DNA from: an uncultured delta proteobacterium
GTDB taxonomy: Bacteria; Desulfobacterota; Syntrophobacteria; BM002
Direction of reading: 5' to 3'
Assembly (NCBI GenBank): GCA_963712115.1
Contig: CAVQGX010000026.1
Coordinates: 1-64,000, forward strand
DNA: 64,000 nucleotides
Positions 40,227 through 51,276 of the stretch are shown here, piece after piece. Positions within the stretch are counted from its first letter, which is position 1. Each line of letters starts with the position of its first letter. The notes beneath the pieces were generated by a model that was not told the DNA's origin, did no database searches, and saw only the letters and a list, made by a program, of their open reading frames with translations. A program made the translations under genes and the position numbers.

Positions 40227-40298
40227 AAAAACCACCCGCTGAGGGGTGGTTTTTTTAATCCTCCTCTAGCTAAGGCAAAAATAGCTAGGGGTTTTTTT
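40227..40298. terminator. Two tandem intrinsic terminators
   Basis: A5-CCACCC-GCTGAG-GGGTGG-T7 (bidirectional) and CCTCTAGCTA...TAGCTAGGGG-T7. Confidence 0.85.
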
Positions 40299-40329
40299 GT
40301 TGACCTATCTCCCACTCTTAAAGATAGGA

Positions 40330-40647
40330 TCAGGACTTCTCTTCTTTTTTGATTTTTCCTAGCTCCGACTTAAGTTGTTCAACTTCTTCCTTGTACTTTT
40401 CTGCCTCTTCTTTGTACTTGGGGGCTTCATCGGTGTCCAGAGTTGATGAAAACTCATCCTCTTTCTTGCTGAAATAAGGAAGCTTGTCTTTCACCTCGTC
40501 AAAGCCAAGGTAAGCAGCAATAACACCACCAAACAACAGCATTACAGGCAGTCCCCCTGCGACCAGCAGCAGGAATGCATCCCACCAAACAAGCAAGAGT
40601 ATGACCCCCAGTACAGCTGCAACAATCCCACCGACAAACACCGCCAT
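40330..40647 (-). CDS. Small membrane protein (2 TM + coiled-coil tail)
   Basis: 105 aa, hydrophobic hairpin, charged tail, RBS AGGAGG. Confidence 0.8.
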   Translation of the reverse strand: MAVFVGGIVAAVLGVILLLVWWDAFLLLVAGGLPVMLLFGGVIAAYLGFDEVKDKLPYFSKKEDEFSSTLDTDEAPKYKEEAEKYKEEVEQLKSELGKIKKEEKS

Positions 40648-41036
40648 GCCATTTCCTCCTTCTTGTAGATACCACGAAATTTAGCGGCTACCGAAAAAGA
40701 GCGTGAAAGGCCGCCCATTCCATACTGATGGCACGAAAACTCCTCCCGTATACCATGAGCATCAGGGGATTGCAAGACAATTTTACCCTCTTTAACAAGG
40801 CGCTATTGATATGGTCGCAAATAGCTTGTCCAATAATGTACTTTCGCTTTTATGAGGTCTAATCGGTACACGGTAAAAGTCCACTTTTTTCCGAAAACCC
40901 CTTTACAAGAAGAGCTTTTCTCTATACAATCAGCCCATCTCTAGGTCTGGTCCGGTTTAGCTGTGGATCAGGTATTTGTTGGAATCAGGGATTGTCTAAA
41001 TTAAGTGTTTAAACTCAAGCAACAAGGGTGGTGCTT

Positions 41037-42353
41037 ATGGCTAAACCATCAAAAAAAGGTGCAAAATCGGAAGCCGAAGTTGCGGCAGAGGCAAACAGGA
41101 AAAAAGAGATCCTTGATAAGGTGGCTCAGTCCAACCTGCCCACCAAGACGATTTTGAAGGAGTTGGGCATTTCCAGGTCCACCTATTACAGCTGGCTCAA
41201 GCGCTACGAAGAGGAAGGGGAGGAGGGACTGCTGGACAGTCGCTCACAGGCGCAACCAAGCGAGGAAAAAGTAGAAGCAGCCCCTGCGGTTGAAGAGGCC
41301 GAATCCCAACCTCCGGTGCAGGCGGAACCGGTGGCCGAAGAAGTGAGGGAGGAAAAGGTCGAACCTCCAACAGTGGAGGAACCCAAGGTGAAGCCTCCAG
41401 AGCCGGTTTCCCCGCCATTGGCGAAGGAGCCCAAGGCAGTGGAAAAAGTAAGCAGACCATCTCCAACTCCCCCACTTAGTGGGGGTGAAGCTAAAAAGGG
41501 CCTTGGCGGCTATGCCTTCGTCGCTGTATTGCTCTTGGCAATCGGTCTGTTAGTGAGCATTAGTCTCAGCAATTACAACACCTATAAGCTGGTTAAGAAC
41601 AACAACACCGTCACACTATGGAAGGGTAAGTTTGCTCCCCGTGGTTTTGAAGTGGTGGAGTCCTTCGAGCCGGTAGTGGTTGGGGACAGTGACGTAAGTG
41701 GGTTGACCAACAAGCTCTACACTGGCAAGGCTGCTGTTTATAAAGCCATCTTTGGTTTTTATATGGACCAAGTAACCGGAGAGACTTCCAAAGGTGACAA
41801 GGCAGACATGAGCATGATCAGCCTACTCCTCGACAGGGCAGAGAATTTTATGGATGGCAACGGCAAAGAGGAAGATAGTCTGGCGACAATGCGTTTCAAC
41901 TTGGCCCAACAACGGGTTGCCATGGCAGAATTAGGGTTGCAAAAGGCTTATCAAAAGGCACTGCCGATTTACCAGGAAGCGCTTAAGGCCGGCTTGGCAG
42001 ATAGCGCCATGCTGGAAGCCAAAGTAGAAACCATGCAAAAAACATTGGGACTTGCTCCGGTTCTACCACCAGACGAAGAAGCTGAGACTGCTCCGGCGGA
42101 GGAAACAATCATCAAGGAACCTGCGGCTACTGCCACCCCGGAAGAAAAACCAGCCGAAGTAGTTGTGGCTCCTCAAGAGGAAGGCAAACAAGGGGAAACT
42201 GGAGTCAAGGTAGAGCCAGCTGCCGAAGCCGGCGAGGATGTCAAAGAGGAAACGGGAACAAAAGTTACCACGGAGCCGGCCAAAGATGAGGAGACCAACG
42301 AGAAGCCCAGCGGTTTTAAGGAGTGGCTGAAATCGAAACGATCCCAGTTGTAG
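41037..42353 (+). CDS. HTH-domain bitopic membrane protein, hypothetical
   Basis: ILKELGISRSTYYSWLKRY HTH, Pro/Glu linker, TM YAFVAVLLLAIGLLVSI, acidic tail; promoter TTTACA-17-TACAAT at 40902-40930. Confidence 0.8.
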   Translation: MAKPSKKGAKSEAEVAAEANRKKEILDKVAQSNLPTKTILKELGISRSTYYSWLKRYEEEGEEGLLDSRSQAQPSEEKVEAAPAVEEAESQPPVQAEPVAEEVREEKVEPPTVEEPKVKPPEPVSPPLAKEPKAVEKVSRPSPTPPLSGGEAKKGLGGYAFVAVLLLAIGLLVSISLSNYNTYKLVKNNNTVTLWKGKFAPRGFEVVESFEPVVVGDSDVSGLTNKLYTGKAAVYKAIFGFYMDQVTGETSKGDKADMSMISLLLDRAENFMDGNGKEEDSLATMRFNLAQQRVAMAELGLQKAYQKALPIYQEALKAGLADSAMLEAKVETMQKTLGLAPVLPPDEEAETAPAEETIIKEPAATATPEEKPAEVVVAPQEEGKQGETGVKVEPAAEAGEDVKEETGTKVTTEPAKDEETNEKPSGFKEWLKSKRSQL

Positions 42354-42547
42354 ACTCTAGGTTTTACTGAGCACATGGGAGACTCGTGGGGCGTCACTTG
42401 ATACTACCTATAGGGCTGAATGGCTCGGATTCTTTAGATACAATCTGTCCAACATATTCCTGATAGCCTGGATAACTTGCAACGAAGGCTGGATAGAAAT
42501 ACGGGGCGCTGACCGGAAGCGGAGTTCCGGGAAGCGCCCTTTTTACA

Positions 42548-42806
42548 TTTTAGATTTGAGATCGCGGATTGTAGATTTGCGAAAGCATAGAGCATAGAGC
42601 ATAGGGCATGGGGCATAGGGTCAAAATTTGGAAATTCGAATTTCGAATTTCCAAATTAAAAATCCAAAATTCCAAGTCCTCGGTCGTCTGTCCTTTGACC
42701 TCCGACTTCCGACCTCTGACTTCTCAGCGTCTTTGTGCCTTGTGTCTGGTGCTTAGTGCCTAGTCCTTTCTGTGCAATCTGCAATCTACAGTCTACAATC
42801 TGCAAT
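42548..42806. repeat. Composite of several different heptamer arrays
   Basis: AGATTGY, AGCATAG, AATTTCG, GACCTCC, TAGTGCC and GCAATCT arrays in succession. Confidence 0.8.
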
Positions 42807-42880
42807 GTTGAAAGGGTTTTCCTTTTGGGATATTTTGATGGCTGATTACTCGGGAGCAAGTCACCAGAGTGTGAGATTTG

Positions 42881-45376
42881 ATGATCGATAACCTCATCTA
42901 TACAATTCAAAGACCTAGTCGCTACCTTGGCAATGAGATCAATGTGCCGCGAAAGGATTGGGCCAACAGTAAGGTGAGAATGGTGCTGGCCTTTCCTGAC
43001 GTTTACGAGGTGGGCATGTCTCACCTCGGGATTTTATTGCTCTACAACATTCTCAACCAGCAAGAATGGATAGGGGCTGAGCGAGTTTTTGCCCCTTGGC
43101 CTGATATGGAAGCCAGGCTTCGGGTAAATGGCAAGCCTCTGGCCAGCCTGGAATCGGCCACACCACTCCATCTCTTTGATGTGGTGGGATTCAGTCTCCA
43201 ATATGAGTTGAGCTACACCAATGTGCTGACCATGCTAGAGTTGGGTGGTATCCCTACCCTTGCAGGATCTCGGGGGAGTGATTCGCCATTGGTTATAGGT
43301 GGAGGTCCCACTGCCTTCAATCCAGAGCCAGTGGCACCCTTTTTTGACGCATTGGTTCTCGGGGATGGAGAGGAAGTCATCCTGGAGATCGCCGAGCTGG
43401 TTAAAGAGTGGAAAAAGCAGGGGGGGGAGCGGTCAGATATTCTACAAGCCCTCTCTAAGATTGAAGGAATCTACGTTCCCCAGTTTTTTAAACCACTATA
43501 CGACAGCAGGGGACGTATCAGCGAAATAGAACCCAGCTTTCCTGGCAAAGCAAGGGTGCGAAAACGGATTATCCCAAGCTTGGAGATGAGCCGACAGCCG
43601 AGTCGCCCCTTGGTTCCTTGCACCCGCATTATTCATGACAGGCTGAGTCTTGAATTGGCTCGGGGCTGTACGCGGGGCTGTCGTTTCTGTCAGGCCGGCT
43701 TCATCTACAGACCGGTGCGAGAACGATCACCCCAGGAGATTTTGGGGGCGGCAGCCGAAGGTCTTGCCAGCACAGGTCATGATGAATTGTCTCTACTGGC
43801 CCTTAGTGTCGGTGATTACGGCAACATTCAAGGGTTGCTTCAGACCCTGATGCATCATCACCGGAACGGACAAGTGGCTATCTCTTTGCCAAGTCTTCGG
43901 GTGGGAACGCTCGATGAGAAGATGATTGAAGCGATCAAGCAAGTGCGCAAGACCGGCTTCACCCTGGCACCCGAAGCGGGTAGTGAGCGTCTGCGTCGGG
44001 TCATCAATAAGAGCATAACTGAAAGCGACCTGCTGGAAGGGGTGCGCAAAGTATATTCTGCCGGTTGGCCGCTCATTAAGCTATATTTCATGATGGGTTT
44101 ACCCACTGAAAGATCTAAAGACCGTTGGGCGCTGGTAGATCTTACCATGAAAGTTTGGCACGAGGCGGCTAAGCAAAGACCACGCAGAAGACTGCATGTC
44201 AGTGTTTCTACCTTTGTGCCTAAGCCGCACACTCCCTTTCAATGGGAAGCACAGCTCAGTCTCGAGGAGATTGAAGAAAATCTCGCTTTTTTCAAACAAC
44301 ATTTGCGGAAAAAAGGACTTCATTTCAAGTGGCACAAACCGTGGCAAAGTGTCCTGGAGGGCGTGTTCTCAAGGGGAGACCGACGGTTGGCAGAGGTAAT
44401 CCTGAGGGCTCAGGAGTTAGGTTGTCGCTTCGACGGCTGGAGTGACCATTTGCGGGTTGATCTCTGGCAGCAGGCTTTTGCCGAGGCAGGGATTGATCCC
44501 TTGAAATACGGGGCAAGATCGAGAGATTTCGATGAGGTTCTTCCCTGGTCACATTTGGATTGCGGTGTGAGCAGGGACTACCTTTGGCAAGAATATGAGC
44601 GAGCCCTGAGCGAAGACTTTACCTTAGATTGCAGGACTCGGGGCTGCAATGATTGTGGCGTCTGTGATCACGAAACAGTCCGGATGGAACTCCACCTACA
44701 AGAGATGCCAGAACAGGGTGGGAGGGTGAATCCTGAAGGGAAAAAGGACGAGTCCTGTAGCTATCGGCTAATATTCTCAAAGTCTGGAAGGGGACGCTTC
44801 CTGAGCCACCTAGAGATGGTAACGGTTCTCCAGCGGGCGATGCGACGAGCTAAGCTGCCACTGGCCTACACCCAGGGATATCACCCATCGCCTAAAGTCT
44901 CCTTTGAGGATGCACTGCCACTGGGCTTAGAGAGTCAGGCTGAGGAGATGAAGGTGATATTGTGCGAATCCTTGCTTCCTTCAGAGATTGGCAAACGATT
45001 GAATGGTGAGCTCCCAGCCGGTTTGGAGATACTTGAGGTAGTCAAGGAAGATAAAGATACTAGACAAATGACTCCTAGAGTGGTTACATACGAAGCTACC
45101 TTAAAGAGAGGAGTCTGGCCGATAGAGGGGTTCCGCCGGTTCCAGAGTCAGTCCCTGGCTCCCCTCAGGCAGAGATCCAAAAGGGGCGAGACTCTTATCC
45201 ATTTGGCAGAGCGACTCCTTAGTCTCGAGTCTTTGGATTCATGCACTATTCGGCTCAGCTTTACTCAGGGCCAACATGGTAATATACGGGTCCGGGATCT
45301 ATTAATGCACATATTTGAGCTGTCCAAAGAAGAAATCTTGGACGCTCGCATTGTCAAAATTTCTATGGAAGGATGA
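42881..45376 (+). CDS. TIGR03960-type radical SAM protein fused to TIGR03936/DUF2344 domain
   Basis: PSRYLGNE, AFPDVYEVGMSHLG, RGCTRGCRFCQAG, C-terminal RFLSHLE...GYHPSPK. Confidence 0.9.
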   Translation: MIDNLIYTIQRPSRYLGNEINVPRKDWANSKVRMVLAFPDVYEVGMSHLGILLLYNILNQQEWIGAERVFAPWPDMEARLRVNGKPLASLESATPLHLFDVVGFSLQYELSYTNVLTMLELGGIPTLAGSRGSDSPLVIGGGPTAFNPEPVAPFFDALVLGDGEEVILEIAELVKEWKKQGGERSDILQALSKIEGIYVPQFFKPLYDSRGRISEIEPSFPGKARVRKRIIPSLEMSRQPSRPLVPCTRIIHDRLSLELARGCTRGCRFCQAGFIYRPVRERSPQEILGAAAEGLASTGHDELSLLALSVGDYGNIQGLLQTLMHHHRNGQVAISLPSLRVGTLDEKMIEAIKQVRKTGFTLAPEAGSERLRRVINKSITESDLLEGVRKVYSAGWPLIKLYFMMGLPTERSKDRWALVDLTMKVWHEAAKQRPRRRLHVSVSTFVPKPHTPFQWEAQLSLEEIEENLAFFKQHLRKKGLHFKWHKPWQSVLEGVFSRGDRRLAEVILRAQELGCRFDGWSDHLRVDLWQQAFAEAGIDPLKYGARSRDFDEVLPWSHLDCGVSRDYLWQEYERALSEDFTLDCRTRGCNDCGVCDHETVRMELHLQEMPEQGGRVNPEGKKDESCSYRLIFSKSGRGRFLSHLEMVTVLQRAMRRAKLPLAYTQGYHPSPKVSFEDALPLGLESQAEEMKVILCESLLPSEIGKRLNGELPAGLEILEVVKEDKDTRQMTPRVVTYEATLKRGVWPIEGFRRFQSQSLAPLRQRSKRGETLIHLAERLLSLESLDSCTIRLSFTQGQHGNIRVRDLLMHIFELSKEEILDARIVKISMEG

Positions 45377-45380
45377 CATT

Positions 45381-46907
45381 GTGTCCACTGATTTGATCAT
45401 CAGTGTTACCCATTATGAGACACGGGTTGCACTCATAGAAAATGGCACGGTCTCTGAGCTCTACATAGAACGTTCAGGCGATAGAAGCATTGCCGGCAAT
45501 ATATACAAAGGGAGAGTCGTAAGGGTGTTACCAGGGATGCAGGCAGCTTTTGTGGATATAGGTTTGGATAAAGCAGCATTCCTGTATGTTAGCGATGTTT
45601 ATGATAACCTTGAAGATATAGAAAAGATGATGGCCGGCAACGAGGAAAATCAGCAGGAGGATGAGCCACACCGGGAGGAAGCCGAGGGAATTTGGCCGAT
45701 GGAGATGCACATAGAAGATCGGCTACAGGAAGGGCAGGAAGTCCTGGTTCAGGTGGCGAAAGAACCTTTGGGTACCAAGGGAGCGCGCATTACTTCACAT
45801 GTCTCCATCCCGGGGCGTCACCTGGTTCTCATGCCAACAATGGATCATGTAGGAATATCAAGGCGAATTGAAGATGAAAGTGAACGGTCCCGATTACGTG
45901 AACTCCTGCTGCAGATAAAACCTCCCAAGTACGGTTTCATCGCTCGCACCGCAGCTGAGGGGGTGGAGAATGATAAGATCAAAGCAGAGATGGAGTTCAT
46001 GTTGCGGCTATGGCAAACGATTCAGAAAAATAACGAACACAGTCCAGTGCCAAGCCGACTTTACCAAGAGCCGGATATCATTCTCAGGGCAGTGCGAGAT
46101 TTGTTTACCCAAGAAGTGGACAAGCTAATAGTTGATTCTCAGGAAGAGTACGAAAAGATTGTTGAGTTCGTTGAGACTTTCATGCCTAGTTTAAGAGCAG
46201 ATGTAAAGTTGTATGAGGAATCCGAACCCATCTGTGATGCCTACGGAATTGAAATGGAACTTCAGAGGGCTCTGGGCAGGAAAGTGTGGCTAAAATCCGG
46301 CGGCTATATCGTAATAGAAATGACAGAGGCACTTACGGCCATCGATGTCAATACAGGCCGTTACGTGGGCAAACGAAATCTGGAGGAGACCATCCTCAAG
46401 ACTAACCTCGAGGCGGTCAAAGAGATTGCCTATCAGCTGCGCTTACGCAATCTTGGGGGTATCATTATTATCGATTTCATTGATATGGAAAAGGAGGCCA
46501 ATAAGGAAAAAGTATTCAACACGCTCAAAGAAGCCCTGAGGAAGGACAAAAGTAAAACCAACATCCTGAAAATGTCAGAGCTTGGGCTCATTGAGATGAC
46601 CCGTAAACGGACTAAAGAGAGTATAACCCGAGTATTAAGGGAACCGTGCTTTTATTGTGATGGAGAGGGTTATCTCAAATCCACGACCACCATGTGTTAT
46701 GAAATATTTAGCGAGATAGAGCGAGATCATGAGGCACTTTTTGGGCGAAGTGTCATGGTGACCGCACACCCGGAAGTTGTGCATCTTCTCTACGACGAGG
46801 AGCGCCATCGTCTGGAGGAGTTGGAGCAGAATCTCAAGGCACGGATCACGGTGCAAGCAGACCAGAGTCTTCATCTGGAGCAATATGATATCTACACCAT
46901 TTCTTAG
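45381..46907 (+). CDS. rng: Rne/Rng family ribonuclease (RNase G)
   Basis: GNIYKGRV, LPGMQAAFVDIG, IDVNTG, IIIDFIDM, CFYCDGEG; GTG start. Confidence 0.95.
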   Translation: MSTDLIISVTHYETRVALIENGTVSELYIERSGDRSIAGNIYKGRVVRVLPGMQAAFVDIGLDKAAFLYVSDVYDNLEDIEKMMAGNEENQQEDEPHREEAEGIWPMEMHIEDRLQEGQEVLVQVAKEPLGTKGARITSHVSIPGRHLVLMPTMDHVGISRRIEDESERSRLRELLLQIKPPKYGFIARTAAEGVENDKIKAEMEFMLRLWQTIQKNNEHSPVPSRLYQEPDIILRAVRDLFTQEVDKLIVDSQEEYEKIVEFVETFMPSLRADVKLYEESEPICDAYGIEMELQRALGRKVWLKSGGYIVIEMTEALTAIDVNTGRYVGKRNLEETILKTNLEAVKEIAYQLRLRNLGGIIIIDFIDMEKEANKEKVFNTLKEALRKDKSKTNILKMSELGLIEMTRKRTKESITRVLREPCFYCDGEGYLKSTTTMCYEIFSEIERDHEALFGRSVMVTAHPEVVHLLYDEERHRLEELEQNLKARITVQADQSLHLEQYDIYTIS

Positions 46908-47127
46908 TGTAAGTAGACTGTGCCTATACTAGACTGGCAGATATTTTTTGGATCTCTACTGGAGTTTTTGAATCTTTCGAAACATCAAATCCCGAAATCC
47001 CGAAATTCAATGACAAAAACAGGTCTGATTGAATTTTGGTTATTGTTATTTGCTTGGAATTTGTATATCTTTGCATTTTAGTCGCTACAGTACTCCATTA
47101 CTCTAATTCCTTGCTTGCGAGAATTGC

Positions 47128-47156
47128 TTGACAAAAGAACTCGATTAGTCTATTTT
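47128..47156 (+). promoter_or_regulatory. Sigma70 promoter of rplU operon
   Basis: TTGACA-17-TATTTT upstream of RBS GGAGG. Confidence 0.6.
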
Positions 47157-47185
47157 TATCTTTTGTCTTTCTGGAGGATTAACTC

Positions 47186-47497
47186 ATGTACGCAGTGGTG
47201 AAATCTGGAGGCAAGCAGTACAAGGTAAGTGCTGGTGACGTGCTGCGCGTAGAAAAATTGGAAGCCCAGGTGGGCGATACCATAACCTTCGATGATGTCT
47301 TGCTTCTGAGCGACGGTAAGAATATTCAAGCTGAACCATCCGACCTTTCCCAAGCGAAAGTGACTGCTCGGGTCACGGCACACGGGCGGCGTCGAAAAAT
47401 AGTGGTGTTCAAGTACAAAAGGCGCAAGCGCTATCGCCGTAAGCAAGGACATAGGCAATATTTCACTGAACTGGCTATAGAGAACATAGAAGCCTAA
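47186..47497 (+). CDS. rplU: 50S ribosomal protein L21
   Basis: MYAVVKSGGKQYKV, KQGHRQ. Confidence 0.98.
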   Translation: MYAVVKSGGKQYKVSAGDVLRVEKLEAQVGDTITFDDVLLLSDGKNIQAEPSDLSQAKVTARVTAHGRRRKIVVFKYKRRKRYRRKQGHRQYFTELAIENIEA

Positions 47498-47531
47498 AAC
47501 TTTTCGGCTTTATCTGATGAGGTAACTGTCC

Positions 47532-47789
47532 ATGGCACACAAGAAGGCTGGAGGAAGTTCACGAAACGGTCGGGACAGCGCTTCCCAGCGACGAGGCGTC
47601 AAACGCTTTGGGGGCCAATCTGTTCGGGCCGGAAATATTTTGGTGCGTCAGGTGGGTACTAAGTTTCATCCTGGACAAAACGTAGGGTTGGGTAAAGATT
47701 ACACTCTTTTTGCCAAAATAGATGGGATTGTGCATTTTGAAAGGAAGGGCAAAAGCCGTCAAAAGGTGAGCGTTTATGCCCCAAGTTAG
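47532..47789 (+). CDS. rpmA: 50S ribosomal protein L27
   Basis: [16 protein letters not shown]. Confidence 0.98.
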   Translation: MAHKKAGGSSRNGRDSASQRRGVKRFGGQSVRAGNILVRQVGTKFHPGQNVGLGKDYTLFAKIDGIVHFERKGKSRQKVSVYAPS

Positions 47790-47820
47790 TGGCCAGCCAA
47801 ATTGGTCGGATGGACACTAG

Positions 47821-48957
<1,137 letters not shown>

Positions 48958-49032
48958 TAAAATTAAAATTTGGGGAATCTCACAATCTTTGTGGGTTATT
49001 TGCTTTATTAGCTTTAGCGAGGCGGATGCAAG

Positions 49033-50202
49033 GTGGTGATTTCTCCTGAACGCAAAAAGGTGGCGGGCCCTGCCCAAAGGATCGTAATAAAGGTTGGGAG
49101 TTCTGTGCTTGCCGGCAGGCGAGGCCTTGAGCTGGGTGTCATCAATCGGCTTTGCGATGAGGTTTCCATGCTGAGGGAGCAAGGTCGGCAAGTGGTGATC
49201 GTTTCTTCGGGGGCAATCGCTTCCGGCATTCGCAAGGTGGGTTTGAGGGGAATGCCAAAGACCATCCCCCAAAAGCAGGCTGCAGCTGCCGTAGGTCAGG
49301 GCAGCCTAATCCAGGCATACGAAGAGGCCTTCAGCCATTACGATCTTAAGGTTGCCCAGATTTTACTCACCAGTGATGATCTGACCAATCGTCGGCGCTA
49401 CTTAAATGCCCGTCACACCCTACAAACCCTTCTAGAATGGGGGATAATTCCCATTGTCAACGAGAACGACACGGTGGTGGTGGATGAAATCAAGTTTGGA
49501 GACAATGATAACCTTTCGGCACTTATTGCCCAACTAATCGAGGCTGACTTGTTAGTGGCATTGACAGACATGGACGGTCTCTACGACTCAGATCCGCGGG
49601 AAAACCGAGATGCAAAAATTATCCCTATTGTTCACCGTATCGACAGAGAGGTGGAGAGTTTTGCCGGAGATCGTCCGGGAGGGCTCGGCACTGGTGGTAT
49701 GCTCAGTAAACTAATGGCAGCCAGAAAAGTTACCGCTGCTGGGGTGCCGATGATAATTGGCAATGGCAGAAATCGTTATGTTCTCAAGCAAATTTTTGAT
49801 GGCGAGGAGGTAGGCACTCTCTTCTTACCAGCCGAGCGGCGTCTTCCAAGCAAAAAACAGTGGATTGCCCATACACTGAAACCCCAAGGGGAAGTGATCC
49901 TGGATGCGGGGGCGGCAAAAGCATTGAAGCTAAGGGGTAAGAGCCTTTTGTCCACCGGTATAGTCGCGGTAAGCGGGAGGTTTGAAGTGGGGGCTCCAGT
50001 GCGCTGCTTGAGCAGTGAGGGGGAAGTGATCGGCATTGGTCTAGTGAATTATGGGGCAGAAGAAATAGAAAAAATAATGGGTGTGCGCAGCAATCGAATA
50101 GAGGAGGTTCTGGGATACAAGCACTCTGACGAAATAATTCACCGAGACAATTTTGTTTTGAGTGAAACAATCGGGACAGACTCAGACGGGCAAGGTGCCT
50201 AG
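49033..50202 (+). CDS. proB: Glutamate 5-kinase
   Basis: VIKVGSS, VSSGAIA, NENDTV, GDNDNLS, GTGGMLSK, PUA domain. Confidence 0.97.
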   Translation: MVISPERKKVAGPAQRIVIKVGSSVLAGRRGLELGVINRLCDEVSMLREQGRQVVIVSSGAIASGIRKVGLRGMPKTIPQKQAAAAVGQGSLIQAYEEAFSHYDLKVAQILLTSDDLTNRRRYLNARHTLQTLLEWGIIPIVNENDTVVVDEIKFGDNDNLSALIAQLIEADLLVALTDMDGLYDSDPRENRDAKIIPIVHRIDREVESFAGDRPGGLGTGGMLSKLMAARKVTAAGVPMIIGNGRNRYVLKQIFDGEEVGTLFLPAERRLPSKKQWIAHTLKPQGEVILDAGAAKALKLRGKSLLSTGIVAVSGRFEVGAPVRCLSSEGEVIGIGLVNYGAEEIEKIMGVRSNRIEEVLGYKHSDEIIHRDNFVLSETIGTDSDGQGA

Positions 50203-50431
50203 TGCCTTTGCCTAGCAGGCAGCAAGCAGCGTACAGCAGGCACCGGCAAGTCATTTGCTCCGCGTCATTTGGCTCCGCCGTCACTAGGCCTTACGGCCGT
50301 CATTAAGTGGTGACAACAAATGACCATGAGTCAAAGCGCAACAAAATGACCTAGAATGGTCTGAGTCTTAGTAGTACCCAGTCCGTAGTGCCTAGTTCCT
50401 AGTGGTTAGTGTAAAAGGGGGGAGAGTCTCT

Positions 50432-51076
50432 TTGGGTATCGGAATTATGGGCGGAACCTTTAATCCGGTTCATCTTGGCCACTTGCGAGCGGCTGAAGAA
50501 GTGGCGGAGTCTCTGCAGTTGAAGCAGGTAATTTTCATGCCTGCAGCAAAACCACCTCACAAAAGTGCGGTGGGTTTGGTTTCTTTTGATCATCGCTACC
50601 GTATGTTGGAACTTGCTGTTAGTGGGAACCCCCTATTCGTGCTGTCGGACCTGGAGCATCAACGTCCAGGTAAGTCCTACTCGGTGGAAACACTGACGCA
50701 ACTCTCAAGCCAATATGGTGGAGATGAGGAACTCTACTTTGTTTTGGGATTAGATGCATTCTTGGAACTGCCGACCTGGAAGAGTTACCGTGAGCTATTC
50801 AAACTCTGCCACTTTGTTGTAGTAGCACGGCCGGGGTTTGCCCCGGAATCCTTGGATGTAATGCTCAAGAGCCAGGTTGATGATGGTTATTTTTTTGACT
50901 CTGAGGTTCAGGGATATGTCCATCCGAACCAATATGTCGTCTATTATAGGGAAATAACTCTGTTGGATATCTCCTCTTCCGATATTCGAAATCTTCTGGC
51001 CAGTAGCCGTTCGGTGCGCTACTTGTTACCGGACAAGGTGGAACACTACATTCGCCATCATGGTCTATATAGGTAA
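50432..51076 (+). CDS. nadD: Nicotinate-nucleotide adenylyltransferase
   Basis: GGTFNPVHLGH, PPHK, ISSSDIR. Confidence 0.95.
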   Translation: MGIGIMGGTFNPVHLGHLRAAEEVAESLQLKQVIFMPAAKPPHKSAVGLVSFDHRYRMLELAVSGNPLFVLSDLEHQRPGKSYSVETLTQLSSQYGGDEELYFVLGLDAFLELPTWKSYRELFKLCHFVVVARPGFAPESLDVMLKSQVDDGYFFDSEVQGYVHPNQYVVYYREITLLDISSSDIRNLLASSRSVRYLLPDKVEHYIRHHGLYR

Positions 51077-51148
51077 TAATATAGAAACGAGACGGCAAAA
51101 GCGAAAAAACCGCAAAAGCTTGAATCACAGAGATCGCAGGGGCAGAAA

Positions 51149-51268
51149 AATTGAGGAATTAAGGAATTAGGGAATTGAGGAATTCGCAATCACAAAAAAC
51201 CAAGCAGATAGCAATCTCTTGGCCATTTAATTCCTCAATCCTTGAATCCCTAAATCCCTAAATTCCTG
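51149..51268. repeat. Octamer palindrome (AATTRRGG / AATYCCTN)
   Basis: aattgagg aattaagg aattaggg aattgagg ... aattcctc aatccttg aatcccta aatcccta aattcctg. Confidence 0.85.
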
Positions 51269-51276
51269 CACGGGAT

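Noticed and set aside
39823-40315. ORFs 39854-40102, 39823-40191, 40054-40242, 40121-40315
   Set aside because: No RBS, one starts in the -35 box, low-quality composition; region is better explained by RNA structure.
42503-42544. GGGCGCT...AGCGCCC-T5 hairpin as riboswitch
   Set aside because: No aptamer motif recognised; most simply a terminator downstream of the HTH protein gene.
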